Below are positions 1 through 12,979 of a stretch of 64,000 bases of DNA, one piece after another. The number at the start of each line of letters is the position of its first letter. The stretch's first letter is position 1. The DNA is from Octopus sinensis (taxonomy: Eukaryota). A program made the translations under genes and the position numbers. The stretch is taken from the NCBI RefSeq assembly GCF_006345805.1, contig NC_043005.1:80910001-80974000 (forward strand). Direction: 5' to 3'. The notes beneath the pieces were generated by a model. It saw nothing but the letters and a program-made list of their open reading frames with translations, did no database searches and was not told where the DNA came from.

Positions 1-420
1 AAAAAGGGCCAGGTGCAGTCACGAGAACGAAGAGGAGAGCGGATATCCTCTCAGAATTTGCAGTTGGCTTCAGACAAATCTTGAGGCACGCATTTTCAGG
101 TGTTTTGAGACCATTCCAAGCTGTTGAAGATGGCGGTGAATGAAGCTTCTTTGCCAGTTCTTCAACTTAAACTGCATGATCTTTTTCAAATTCTGCCAAA
201 AGGAGCTTGTTATCAAATTCAATTAGACGTCCTGTTCGGGCCTCATCTTCAGGGCTGAAATCTCAACTTTTGAATTTTACAAACCATCTCCTGCAAGTTC
301 TTTCATTCAAGTGTTCTGCTCCATAAGCTGGGTGAATATTTCGAGTCGCCTCAGGTGCAGAGTTCCCTTTTATAAAATCCTGAATCATTATGTGCTTCAA
401 CTGCTCCGTAGATACTTCTA
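1..420 (-). mobile_element. Decayed mariner transposase, N-terminal HTH region (continues past the window start)
   Basis: Manual minus-strand translation with frameshifts: VSTEQLKHIMIQDFIKGNSAPEATRNIHPAYGAEHLNERTCRRWFVKF...EDEARTGRLIEFD...HLQQLGMVSK...CVPQDLSEAN. This matches the mariner HTH and WVPHEL linker pattern. Confidence 0.8.
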
Positions 421-799
421 TGTTTTAAGAGCTATAATTAGTGAAATATCATTTACGCTATCCTGCAAAATGAAATAAACATGTCCAAAAACATATAAAT
501 ATTACTTGATGCTAAAATACTGTTAAATGTTTGGAAACTGGAAATATAGAAATCCAGAATTACTCATGGAATTAACTGATTATTATCTTCTCAGCCATCT
601 AAATCGAATCAAAAAACAAAAAATATATTAAAAAAATAAAATAATTGATGTTTACAATATTCATCGATCTAGCATCCTTATACTTCCGAAGAGAATATAA
701 CACCATTGGTTTTTATATGCTGCTTTTTTTCACATAAAGCACGCCTGAATAGCCTACAGTGATACAGTTGTTTATTAAGAGGAGTGGTGTTAATATGAA

Positions 800-1056
800 T
801 GCGCGGGGCCTAGTGGTTAGTGTGTTGCTTTCTCAGGGGGTCGAATCCCGGATGGAGTTGCACGTTGTCTTCTTCAGCAAAACACCTCTTTTTAAATTGC
901 TCCGGTTCACTTAGCTGTAAATGGGTAGAGCTGAGGTCGACGAACCTTCCAGTCGTGCTTATCGCGGGGGAATAACTGTGACCAAATTCGAACGCCAAAA
1001 TGACGCCAAGCGCATTGTGATCAGTGATGTACGACAACATCTAATAATCTTGTCGA
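800..1056 (+). mobile_element. Old tRNA-derived SINE with CORE-like central domain
   Basis: A-box-like ggcctagtggttag and B-box-like ggtcgaatcc, then aaacacctct...ttgctccggttcacttagctgtaaatgggta. Confidence 0.5.
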
Positions 1057-1691
1057 TTACTTCATCACTACTAATCTAAATGTTCTTTCATCGAATGTCC
1101 CTCAAAGTTCGAATGGTGGTAATATTTATACTCATCATCGATAAATGCATTTACCGCTCGAAAGTTTACCACAATTGATTAAATGAAGCACAACTAGAAT
1201 ACGCATCAGTACTATTTTTAATAACGTTCTGTTCACAGCTATTTAGTATCAACAGAGACTATTGATTACTTATATTCGACGCTTATAGTAAGAGGGGTAC
1301 ATTTGAGCTTATGGTGTTTTAAAAGTTTCGAGGGCATCTCATGATAAATAGTTTCGTTTAATCCTTATACCAGAATTTAGAATGAAATAATAACCGGGTG
1401 AGACAGAATCTGTATTAATGAGATGGATTCTAACCTATCCAATTAAAACTAAAGATCATTAAAAAAATCTGTTAATCTTAGTGATGCGACGTTATGTGGT
1501 TTTAATATTTTCATTGATTAATTATACTAATTAAAAATGTAATTAAACTGAGAATGAGATAGAAATTAGGACAGTCTGTTTTCTTGCACTTATCGATAGT
1601 AGTAAATGAGTATGTAGCGTTCATTCTTTGAATAGGGAGAAATAGTATTCAATCTTCCTTAAAGTTGAAGATATGCGGGTTAATATATTTA

Positions 1692-1717
1692 TATGTGTGT
1701 ATGTGTGTGTGTGTGTG

Positions 1718-1755
<38 letters not shown>

Positions 1756-1766
1756 CGTGTGTGTGT
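1692..1766. repeat. (TG)n microsatellite
   Basis: Direct reading. Confidence 0.95.
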
Positions 1767-2389
1767 TAAATAAACTGAGACAACAAAGTCAAGGCTGTGT
1801 GGAATTTTCAGGACATTTATAAAGAGAATGGTCTTACAGTTGTTTCTGGGATGTTAGGGATATCCCTTCGTCAGAGACGATGTGTGATGGTTAGATAGAG
1901 GGAAATCGAGGAGTTCAATATAAGGAGTTATTTTTGGGGAAAAGGATAGAAATAAGAAGTATAAAGGAAAATAAGAGAATAAAAGTAAAAATAAAAAATA
2001 TATGTAGGATATCATAGTTACATTATCCAAAGAAAGTGGAGTATAGAATGGGTAGAAAAGGTTCTTGTCCATGGTGTGTAAATTGCGATAGTTCATATTT
2101 TTTCATTATAAATAGAAAGTGCGGAGACGTAGATTCCATGCGCTGTTTATTCAAAGGGGTCTTGTGCTGCGAGTGAAATTTTGAGAATGTAGTGGTAGTA
2201 TTAGGGATATAGAGGAGAGAAAAGCTGTGTATGTTAAAATTAGAAGAATGATCAATATCAATAGGTGCAGAAAGAAGAAAGACAAAGGAAGAGAAAATAA
2301 AAAAGGAGTGTTAGTTGGAAGTCAAGATATTATGATGGGGATGGGAGAGGAGTAGTGGAGAGATAGGAAGAGATAAGAATGTTTGTATA
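1767..2389 (-). mobile_element. Penelope-like element 3' end (pLTR and purine-rich UTR)
   Basis: 1767-2100 is a diverged inverted homolog of 52152-52497 and carries a hammerhead core. Confidence 0.7.
1831..1878 (-). ncRNA. Type I hammerhead ribozyme motif
   Basis: Minus strand: gtct CTGACGA a-gggat...atccc-a GAAA CAACT GTA agac. Stem I gtct/agac, GUA triplet. Confidence 0.65.
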
Positions 2390-2421
2390 TCTTTATATAT
2401 ATAAAACTGAGAATGCGTGTG

Positions 2422-2456
<35 letters not shown>

Positions 2457-3394
2457 GTGTTTCCCTAAAACTTGAGAACGACACAACCAATTTCATTCAA
2501 ATTTTACACATGCCTTACTTAGGGTCCGGGAAGTGTCACCGGCAAAAATTTTTTAACTTTTTGCCTAGGGCGAGCCCACAGCAATATCATATCTTCTCCA
2601 CTACGATTACCTAAAACTTGAGAACTACAAAACCAATTTCATTCAAATTTTACACATGCCTTACTTAGGGTTCATGTAGTTTCATGGGAAAAAAAATGTC
2701 CAACTTCTTGGCTAGAGCGAGCCCATAGCAATATCATATCTTCTCCACTATTCCAGTATTACGTGTTAAAAGTGAATAAAAACATTTCTCTATTTAATCT
2801 CAGATACTTTCACTTTAACAATAAAAAAATAGTAACAATTGAAAGAAATGACTATTGTCTATAAAGTATACAATGTAGAGAAAAAAGATTTGAACAAATG
2901 GAGGAAAGCACCTTCGAAAAGGGTCTTGGTGCGACTATGAAAGGTATCTAATCAGAGGCGGTAAATTCGCCACAATAGAAGCAAGGTTCGAGTCAACGGA
3001 GCGCGCAAGGGAGTACTCGACTCGAATTTGTAAATGGAAATATTTTATTTTTACCTTTATATCTGGGACGTAGGACGTCCCGGAAAAAAATTTTAAGTCC
3101 CCCTCCCCCAAGTAGAGGTAGGCTGGATTGTAGCCACACTTCTATACAAGAGGGAGGACAAGATACAATTGATCGAAATTACAAGAGACGGGCTAACAAT
3201 TCCAGTCTGTTATATATTTTGAGTATTGTTATTACTAGCGATATCAAGATATAACATTGTATTTTGTATTTTATGTGTAGATGTATATATATATATATAT
3301 AGATGTACATGTAATATGTACACACACATATATATATATACATATATACATGCACTAGCACTATGACCCGGCAACGACGGATCTTTAATGCTAG
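2390..3394 (+). mobile_element. Non-autonomous Helitron-like element
   Basis: Starts A|TCtttatatatataaaa, followed by (TCTG)n. Ends with hairpin gacccggcaacgacggatc, 7 nt, then CTAG|T. The 3' boundary is less certain than the 5'. Confidence 0.6.
2464..2752 (+). repeat. Tandem duplication, period about 146 bp, inside the Helitron
   Basis: cctaaaacttgagaac...ttttacacatgccttacttagggt...gcaatatcatatcttctccacta starts at both 2464 and 2610. Confidence 0.9.
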
Positions 3395-3731
3395 TATATA
3401 TATATAAGTACAAACACATACAGACACACATATGTTTATGTGCGTGTATGAGTGTGTGTGTGTGTGTGTGCGCGCAAAACCAAAGCTCACACACTTCTTT
3501 ATCTACATCAGTTTTACACGTATAGCGATTTTCCACTCACCAACCCTACAAAGATGCGGGAATATATGTGCCGAGACCTTAAAACGTAAGTCGACTTTCT
3601 AGTCTTTGCTGTAGAGAATAAATCAAGAGACCAAGATCATGCAGATCCATCAGAACACCAGTGCAGTTTACTATATGCCAAAGGGTCAAGCTTTCCCAGA
3701 TCGAAACATTTGAATTGTTGGGCACCATATT

Positions 3732-3983
3732 GACAACTAGCATCGGTTGCCAAGCGATGTTGGGTGGGGGACAAACAAAGACACACAAACATATACACAC
3801 ACATACATATATCTATACATATATACGACGGGCTTCTTCCAGTTTCCGTCTACCAAATTCACTCACAACGCTTTGGTCGGTCCGAGGCTATAGTAGAATA
3901 CACTTACCCAAGGTGCCACGCAGTGGGACTGAACCCGGAACCATGTGGTTGGTAAGAAGCTACTTAACACACAGCCACGTCTC
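3732..3983 (-). mobile_element. SINE family B (tRNA head, CORE-like domain, internal microsatellite), partial
   Basis: Reverse complement of gtggctgtgtggtaag...ttcagtcccactgcgtggcaccttggg, the same family as 29758-30160. Confidence 0.85.
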
Positions 3984-4861
3984 CATATAAGCACATTCGC
4001 TTTGGCTAAAATATTTCCTCCGCCCACTTATTCTTATTACAATATTGTGTGAAAACGATTGTACGCACACACTTTGTCCAGGACAAGTTTTGTAAATACC
4101 AGTGACAGTGATCTTACATAGTAATTAATGTAATAAAGACATTTTAAAATGTTAGGACACATCAGCACATAATATTTCTGTATTGAAGATGCTTTGTATT
4201 TATTTCAGATCCCTACAATCAAGTAGCACTCAAAGGAATTTATATTTTTAACTCCAATTATTCGCATTATTATGTCGTACAATATGTCTGAGTGTTTGCT
4301 ATTCGCAAGTGTTATATTGTTGGCAATAATGGCAGTTAATTCCCTGCGGGGTTTTATTTGTTTCTCTGTTTTTATGTGTGTAAAAATAGATGTACGACTT
4401 CGTTTTCATAAGGTGAAGAACAAAGAAGAAATAATATAAAGAGAACAGCTTCCAGCTCTCGAATATGAGGAGACTATTGCAAGCGAAAGATATCAATCAT
4501 CTCAACAAGCCAACCGAACAGAGAAGTTATTAAAATTGTTAAATGATTTCTTGGTTATTTCGTAGTCTTCTTAACTGAAGAGAAAGTGTAATGAAAAGGA
4601 AAATAATAATGTATCGAAGTTTTCAACTCTATGCTGTGTGTTTGAATGAAGAAGAGATCGGTGATTGTTGGACAGTGTGGACGGTGGAATAAATAGTAAA
4701 GCCACCAACAAAGAATGCTAATCATACAGTGACACCATATTGTTTCACATGCAGAAGCAGCCTCTAAATAACTTCGTGTATTTACATATAAATGAGGCTC
4801 TCAATAAGAGCAGTTTGACTATGAAGTAATCAACAAGCATGTTATAAGATTAGGTTTTGAT

Positions 4862-5093
4862 AGGCGTCGAGCTGGCAGAAACGTTAGCACATCGGACGAA
4901 ATGCTTAGCAGTATTTCGTCTGCCGTTACGTTCTGAGTTCAAATTCCGCCGAGGTCGACTTTGCCTTTCATCCTTTCGGGGTCGATTAAGTAAGTACCTG
5001 TTACGCGCTGGGGTCTATATATTCGAATTAATCCGTGTGTCTGCCCTTATTTGTCCTCTCTGTGTTTAACCCCTTATGGGTAGTAAAGAAACA
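4862..5093 (+). mobile_element. SINE family A (tRNA-like head; central gcctttcatcctttcggggtcgataaa, resembling the Meta/MESC domain), full length
   Basis: 19-bp TSD tataagattaggttttgat at 4843-4861 and 5094-5112. Confidence 0.92.
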
Positions 5094-5352
5094 TATAAGA
5101 TTAGGTTTTGATTTACTTCAGTATTAAGTTCAAAACTGCCTGTGTATTTGGATTTGGACTTAGAGTTAGTGAGAAATGCTAATAATAAAACCATTAATCT
5201 GCTGATTAGTCTAATCCCCTCAGTCCAATCCCTGAAGTCTCAACAGAGAATCCAACTTCTGCTCTCTACAAGTGAGGGGTGTTATGCAGTTACGTCATTC
5301 TAATTTTTCTCTATCACAGAAGCATGTATCAGTTGATAAGTATGCTCTTTAA

Positions 5353-5584
5353 GGCGGCGAGCAACCAGAACCGTTAGCACGTCTGGCGAAATGCGTAACC
5401 GTATTTCGTCTGCCGTTACGTTCTGAGTTCAAATTCCGCCGAGATCGACTTTGCCTTTCATCCTTTCGGGGTCGATAAATTAAGTACCAGTTACACACTG
5501 GGGTCGATGTAATCGACTCAATTCGTTTGTCTGTCCTTGTTTGTCCCCTCTATGTTTAGCCCCTTGTGGGTGGTAAAGAAACAG
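5353..5584 (+). mobile_element. SINE family A, full length
   Basis: 13-bp TSD agtat(g/a)ctcttta at 5339-5351 and 5585-5597. Confidence 0.92.
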
Positions 5585-6960
5585 AGTATACTCTTTATCA
5601 GGGAAAAATTCCCTGGCAATGATAATGATTAACACGAAGTTATTTAACAGAACAATTATGTAGAAGAAAAAAAAGGCTCACTGCCTTGCATAAATAAGAT
5701 ATAAGAAAAATTAATCAGAAGCGTGGTTCCTTGGTATAAAGATGATTTTCTTACAAATATGGAAGAGAATCGTCTGTAACACGAAGAAACTTTAACTCAT
5801 CATTTAAATTACAAACGGTAGATGAAACACAAGTTACAGGTAAATTAGTGTTTCATCATAGCAAGATGATACGCAACATCTCAAATCCTACTGGTCGAAT
5901 CTCCTTGTTCGTTCCTTGCGTTTATTTAAATACTATTTTATACTACTTCGTTGTCATATAATGATGATCCACTAAAGCCTCCATTCAAGTCTTACATTCT
6001 GATTATTATTGAGCCCTTGGCGCCTGTTGCCCCAGAAGAATACAAGTTTGAAGGACACCAGTGTAGACTGGCCCTCTCAAACCATGCCTGCGCAAGACCT
6101 ATCCCCAAACAGTGAAGCCCGACTCCTTCGCCAAATCAACAGAAGGACAGGAAAAGGCGAGTATCTGGCGCCATGTTAGGTATCTTAGCCGTTCTTTCCC
6201 TCCTTTCAATAATAAGTTCAAAGCAGTAGTATTTATGATAATAATTTGTTACTTTAATACTAGAATGCCGTTCGTCAAATTACGTTTCTATAGGTAACCT
6301 TTCAGTAGTATCGCGGCTACGCATCCGTAAATTTTTCTCTCTATATCTCTCTTGCTCTCGGTCTCTGTCTCTCTCTTTCTTTCTCGCTCTCTGTCTCTCT
6401 CTCTTTCTTTCTCTCCCCCCCTCTCTCTCTCTCTGGTACACATACGTAGAGAAAATCAGCTGGCAATAAATATAATGGTATAAATAAAGCACAAGATAAA
6501 ACATTAGACTTTAGTATAATATTAAGGCTAAAAAAAAAGTCATTCCGGTATCATGCATCACATATAGGGCGGAATTGCTTTAATTTTTGAAAATGTTGCA
6601 TCAATTTCTTTTGATATATGACTTTGCTTAATCCTAGGTCACATGTAAACTGTTCAAGTCACGATTATATTCATTTTCATATCACCTGGATTCACGAGCC
6701 CATTACACAATGTTCTGTACAGCAGCATGAATTAGAGAAATAGTTGCTATCTGTAGCAGGCCACGCTACCAAAATAAGTGTCCAAGTTACTTGCTTTAAT
6801 TTTGAATTTTTACAAGTAATATTTATGTATGTATTTGTTTCCCGAGCGTGTAAATGATTGATTTTGAAGTTTGTGAATTAATTGTCTTGTTAAGGCTGTC
6901 TCTACGGATTTTCTATAGAAATTATAGCCAGTACTAATTACCGATATATTGCCATATTTA

Positions 6961-7192
6961 CGGCGGCGAGCTGGCAGAATCGTTAGCACGCCGGGCGAAA
7001 TGCGTAGCCGTATTTCGTCTGCCGTTACATTCTGAGTTCAAATTCCGCCGAGGTCGACTTTGCCTTTCATCCTTTCGGGGTCGATAAATTAAGTACCAGT
7101 TACGCACTGGGGTCGATATAATCGACTTAATCCGTTTGTCTGTCCTTGTTTGTCCTCTCTCTGTTTAGCCCTTTGTGGGTAGTAAAGAAATA
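6961..7192 (+). mobile_element. SINE family A, full length
   Basis: Perfect 18-bp TSD gatatattgccatattta at 6943-6960 and 7193-7210. Confidence 0.95.
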
Positions 7193-7255
7193 GATATATT
7201 GCCATATTTAGTGGCTAATTAAGTAAAGAGTTCGTGAAAGTTTAATGGGTTGGAT

Positions 7256-7298
7256 GGGTGCTGATGAAGGCGTAAAACCCTTGAAATATGGTATGTAA
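7256..7298 (+). ncRNA. Degenerate hammerhead-like motif
   Basis: CTGATGA aggcgt-aaa-accctt GAAA tatg GTA. The core and most of stem II are present but stem I is poor. Confidence 0.35.
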
Positions 7299-7408
7299 GC
7301 CTATTACCTATTTTCCCTCTTTGATCTCATTGGTGTTTATATCAGGCGGTTCGGATACGAAACCTTGTACCAAAATCAGTGCTGGCTATAATTTCTGTTA
7401 CTGTTTTA

Positions 7409-7616
7409 CTCTTTTACTTGTTTCAGTCATGCGACGGCGGCCATGCTGGAGCACCGCCTTTAGTCGAGTAAATCGACCCTGGGACTTATTCTTTGTAAGC
7501 CTAGTACTTATTCTATCGGTCCCTTTTGCCAAACCGCTAGGTTACGGAGACGTAAACACACCAGCATCGTTTGTCAAGGGATGTTGGGGGGGGGGCAAAC
7601 ACAGACACACAAACAT

Positions 7617-7674
<58 letters not shown>

Positions 7675-7836
7675 GTATACGACAGGCTTCTTTCAGTTTC
7701 CGTACCAAATCTACTCACGAGAGTTTGGTCAACCTGAGGCTATAGTAGAAGACACTTGCCCAAGGTGCCACGCAGTGGGACTGAACCCAGAACCATGGGG
7801 TTCGTAAGCAAGCTACTTACCACACAGCCACTCCTA
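7409..7836 (-). mobile_element. SINE family B, full length
   Basis: Head, internal (CA)(TA) tract and tail ...gactgaaacaagtaaaagag all present on the minus strand. Confidence 0.9.
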
Positions 7837-9991
7837 CTATAGATAATCTGTAGTGATAGCATTATAAAGTGATGTAATAGCACTGCTAACACCATAGAGC
7901 ACTGTATTTATTTATAAAAACATTTAATATACTTTGTAGTATATTATTGTTGCATAACGAAATACGGTGCACCTGCCCCTACAGGTCATTGATAGTTTTG
8001 TATTAAATCTACAATAAGCAATTCACCGAGGTTTCGGAGCAGGTTGTAATAATTTACACTTATTATGTAACGCCGAATCTTAAGAATAATTCTTTTGTGA
8101 GGCTGGCATTCTTTACTGTTGAGTATTCATCTCTAAATCTTCTTCATGTCATGAATTGAAAGATAAACACTGACACACAACAGCTCTTTGAATAAAGACC
8201 ATCCGTTGTTATACTTTGCTAACAGAAAATTGCCAATGAGAGTTAACTTGACATTAACTCAATGTAAGGCTAAATCAGTTAATAAAATAGAATTCCATTT
8301 GCCAAGCATTACAGTAACATAAAGATACGTTTTGGAATTCAATTTCTCTAACTAATGGTAGAATACATTGATTTCACTCTGAATAGCACAAATTTAGTTG
8401 CAAAATCATTGGATGTTGTAAACATGCTTTACTGCCATTTTTATTTATTTTACTTCTTCCTACCCAGCAAATTACCAAGTGATGTTTGACTAATGAACGT
8501 TTATAAGGAACAAAATGAATAATTGATTATCAAATTCTTTATTATGTGGGCTGTAGATTTTCACAAGAATTCTGGATTTTTGTTTTAGGCTTTAATCAGA
8601 AATAATCAAATTAATTTATCAGTATATTCCTTCTTATCTCTCTATATTTTGTGTTGGCGGTGAATTATTAAAGTTAGTTTCACCGATATTTTCTTTACAT
8701 TTTTGACATCTATTTCTTTTTACACAGTAGCTGGGAAGCAGGAGCTATTTCCTGTAATTGAGGTGATACCATTCTCTTCATACCTACAAGGAAATGGCAA
8801 AATGTATGGGAAATTTCTTGAAAAGCTTTTGAAGGCATATTGTTTCCACTATCAAATATAGTTGACTCATTTTAATTTTATTTCATTATTGAAAGACTAT
8901 TAAATTTGTTTCTATTAGTATAATTGAATTTGCTTGTTTGAAATATGAACAAATATTCATATTTCCATTCGATCTGTGTTTGGTTCTATTTTCAAAATAT
9001 GTTATGTTCATTGCTTTTGTATTTAAATTTACGGGTTTGTGCAGTGTGGGAGCAGTTCTGTTTTCAGATGTAGCTTCTTCTTGCAGTGAGCCCCTTAAAT
9101 CATATCGGATAATATCAATTTTTAACCAGGCTTAACAATAAAGGAAAAAGAAATAATGAAGCCAACGCGAAAGTAAGGTGGCAAAGACTAACTGAATTAA
9201 AGAAAGAAATTGAGAAAACATATGAAGATATAGGAAGTAGTAAAATAAAATAATATATTTCAACGAAGCAATACAAATGTTTAAAGAAATAAATATGAAA
9301 ACATCGCTGTCGTTTGTTGAAGATAAATCTGATAATTTAAGAACTAAGCATATTATATTTAAAAGATGGACAGAATAGTTGATGGAACTGCAAAGGACGA
9401 TTCGGTTACAGATAATTTATGATATGTAAATAGAGAAACGGAAATTCACTTCTGAATTCATTTCCTTAATTATGGAAGATAAACAAATACATGTGATATA
9501 TTATCTGGAATAGATAACAGAAATGATAAAGCGGGGAAATGATATCCCTGTAAAATACTTTGTATAATTTGTTATGGAGTTTTACGATTTGGAGAATTTG
9601 ACCACTATATAGAAGTAATCCCTCAGTTTTGTACTTCGACTGAACGGATGCGTCAATAGATGCAGCAAGCAGCCGTAAAATTAGTTTGATCAGTCATCTA
9701 TGAAGCATGTTGCTCATTGTCCAAGTATGGGTCACAGTCTTGGCACATGCCTGGCAACATCAGGTATAATATACTGACTGGTTTCTGTAGGAAAGTGCTG
9801 GCGGTAGATGAATTGCCAGATATGCGAAACAGAACTCTTCTACTAAAACCAAAGACGAGGTACTCTAATCTAATCAGTTTACAACAAGGGTAAAACGCAG
9901 CGAAGTTTATATTAGAAATAACCTTGGCGATATACGCTTTATCCACTCTTACACGATTCTTTTCAGGAAATATCGTCACGTCAATATGTCT

Positions 9992-10416
9992 TTTCTACTC
10001 TAGGTGCAAGGCCCGAAATTTGGGGGTTCGTGGTGCCAGTCGATTAGATCGAGGCCAGTATGCAACTGGTACTAAATTTATCAACCCCAAAAGGATGAAA
10101 GGCAAAGTCGACCGCGGCGGAATTTGAACTCAGATCGTAGCGGTAGACGAAATACCGCTAAGCATTTCGCACGGTATGCTAACGTTTCTGCCGGCTCACC
10201 GTCTTGTCAAGTCAATATTTTTTTTCTACTCTATGCACAAGGCCCGTAATCTTTGGGGGGGGGGGAGTCGATTAAAGCTGGTACTTAATTTCTCGACTTC
10301 GAAAGGATGAAAGGTAAAGTCGACCTCGCTGGAATTTGAGCTCAGAACATAAAGTCAAACGAAATATCGCTAAGCATTTTGCCCAGCGTCCTAACGTTTC
10401 TACCAGGTCACCGCCT
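9992..10416 (-). mobile_element. Two adjacent family A-related SINEs with a short tail (9992-10204, 10219-10416)
   Basis: aaaggatgaaaggcaaagtcgac...aatttgaactcag...gacgaaataccgctaagcatttcg occurs twice. Confidence 0.85.
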
Positions 10417-10539
10417 TGTCACCTCTATATTTCGCTATACGAATGATTTCCATATACGTAACCTATCTCAACTTCCTATTCAGATCGAACCGTACCTCTA
10501 GACTTCGAATAGAAACATCAGTTGAGCAACTCATTTCGT

Positions 10540-11420
10540 GAGTGTTATATTATCTGAAAACATCGGGGCTTACGCTCCTCGACGCATATTCTATTTTTCC
10601 GATAACTGTTCTAAAATTGACTGTTCTACTTGTATTAGGAGGTGAATTGTTTGACCGGTCCAATAAGCCGTTTCTGTGATGGTAGCCTAAAGGAGTGTTA
10701 TATTATCTTCCTTTTTTGCCAGGACTGCCGTCACAGAATTTCGCCCACATAGTGTCGACTTGAGGTGGGACACTTGGTATAAGTATCTTTGACGTCCTCA
10801 TTCCCATATGTATTGGAATTAAAACAACTGAGTGCATTTGTGCAGTTTCTATATCTTTTAGTCGTACTTCGATAGTTCTAAGCTTCTCTCTTGGCTAGGT
10901 ATGTGATATCCTGCCTGATGGGTTTCAAGCACTTCTCAGTTTTCTCTTCGCTCACTCGATTATTTTTTTTTTCCTTTTAGACAGTAAGATTTAAATATAA
11001 TTGCTTTTTCTTTTTTCTAACATTAATACTTCTTCCGGGGATTTAACTTAACGCAACACCGTCTTCAATTGTTATCATATCTTTGTACTTTATCCTGTCA
11101 TTTTTGTTTGTCCACAGCTAGTGGGTTCCACCTCCAGCCACCGATGCAAAACTTTTTTGTTTATTTTCTTCTGTTTGAAGGCTTTTCACGTCAATATTCC
11201 TCTTTGCGACAGTACACATTGATGGTTGGGGAAATTCCCTTTTAAAAGAATCCGAAATATCGCCAAATATTAAGATTTCAATTTTATTTGCCTCCCTGTC
11301 TGTTGACGACTCTTCGCCAGACGAAGTTACTCTTTTCGACATCTTTCCAGCAATTAATGTTTCCACAACAAGGGACACACGATAGTTTTCGAACGAAGAC
11401 TATCACACAAATGATTATAA
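10540..11420 (-). mobile_element. Decayed L1/Tx1-like ORF1
   Basis: ORF 11118-11378 (MSKRVTSSGEESSTD...KSFASVAGGG) continues through frameshifts as KCLKPIRQDITYLAK...TIEVRLKD...PSVPPQVDTMW...ICVEERKPRCFR, the lead-in to a zinc knuckle. Family assignment is from recall. Confidence 0.5.
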
Positions 11421-11546
11421 CAAAAACAATAAAATCATAATTATAATAGGAAATAACACAAAAACAGTCATTGAAACTTGCACTTAGTATACAGACGCGC
11501 TCCAATAATAATTACCAATAAATTCAAACACACAAAGACAAAATAC

Positions 11547-12207
11547 CCATTTCTTTACTACCCACAAGGGGCTAACCACAGAGAGGGGAAAAAAGGACAG
11601 ACGAATTGATTAAGCCGATTACATCGGCTCCAGTGTGTAACTGGTACTTAATTTATCGATCCCGAAAGGATGAAAGGCAAAGTCGCCGTCGGCGGAATTT
11701 GAACTCAGAACATAACGACAGACGAAATACTGCAAAGAATTTCGCCCGGCGTGCTAACGTTTCTGCCAGATCGCCGCCTTCAAATGTAAACACAGACGAA
11801 ATACCTATTTCTTTACTACCCACAAGGGGCTAAACACAGAGAAGACAAACAAGGACAGACAAACGGATTAAGTCGATTATATCGACACCAGTGCGTAACT
11901 GGTACTTATTTAATCGACCCCGAAAGGATGAAAAGCAAAGTCGACGTCGGCGGAATTTGAACTGAGGACGTAGCGGCTGACGAAATACCTATTTCTTTAC
12001 TACCCACAAGTGGCTAAACACAGAGAGGACAAACAAGGACAGACAAACGGATTAAGTCGATTACATTGACCCCAGTGCGTAACTAGTACTTATTTAATCG
12101 ACCCCGAAAGGATGAAAGGCAAAGTCGACCTCGGCGGAATTTGAACTCAGAACGCAACGGCAGACGAAATACCGCTAAGCATTTCGCCCGGCGTGCTAAC
12201 ATTTCTG
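11547..12207 (-). mobile_element. Cluster of three family A SINE units (11547-11778, 11805-11988, 11989-12207)
   Basis: Repeated body and tail, each tail joined at gacgaaatac|ctatttctttactaccc or a close variant. Confidence 0.9.
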
Positions 12208-12509
12208 TTGTGTTTGTTCTTATTTGGTGCAACACATTTTACTTCTATCTCTTGCAGTTATTATTGTTATAATTCTAGGTGTTGTTGTTGCTGTAGCTAC
12301 TGTTATTCTTGTTGTTGTTGCATTGCAATTTGCCAACGCCATAACACTTCTCATAAATCTTGATGCTATTACTGTTTTTGTTCCTCATGTTCTCCTTGGT
12401 CTATTAAATTAAATTTCTTTCTGTAGCTGTCTTAACTGTAGGTTTGTCGGTCACAACCTTGATTTCCCTGCCTCCCGCTTCTGCAGGCCCCACTTTCTTC
12501 TATCACTCT

Positions 12510-12584
<75 letters not shown>

Positions 12585-12979
12585 TACATACTATCTTCCT
12601 TTCTCTCTCTCACTCATTCTTCCTCTCTCAATTTATTTTCACCCTCTGCCTGTCTATCTACTTTCTTTCTCTGTCTCTCTCTCATTCTTTCTATTTTTGA
12701 TATTTTGAGGTTCATCCAAGACGAGTATATAACTTGATCTAAGTACATAATCCGTACTTTATATTATCGGCTCCAAAATTACCAAAGGTAAAATTGTGGT
12801 AGGCGGTATTTGATCCCACAACGTATGAGCCGCAAGAAATGTCGTTAAGCGATTTGACGACGCTTTAAGGATTCTGCCAGCACGCTACCGAAATAATAAT
12901 AATAATAGTAATAATAATAATAATAATAATAATCATAATAATAATAATAAGAAGAAGAAGAAGCAGAAGAAGAAGAATA

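Noticed and set aside
4272-4565. Signal-peptide-like ORF MSYNMSECLLFASVILLAIMAVNS... with an in-frame stop and continuation
   Set aside because: 55 codons, no recognisable family, and no convincing splice structure.
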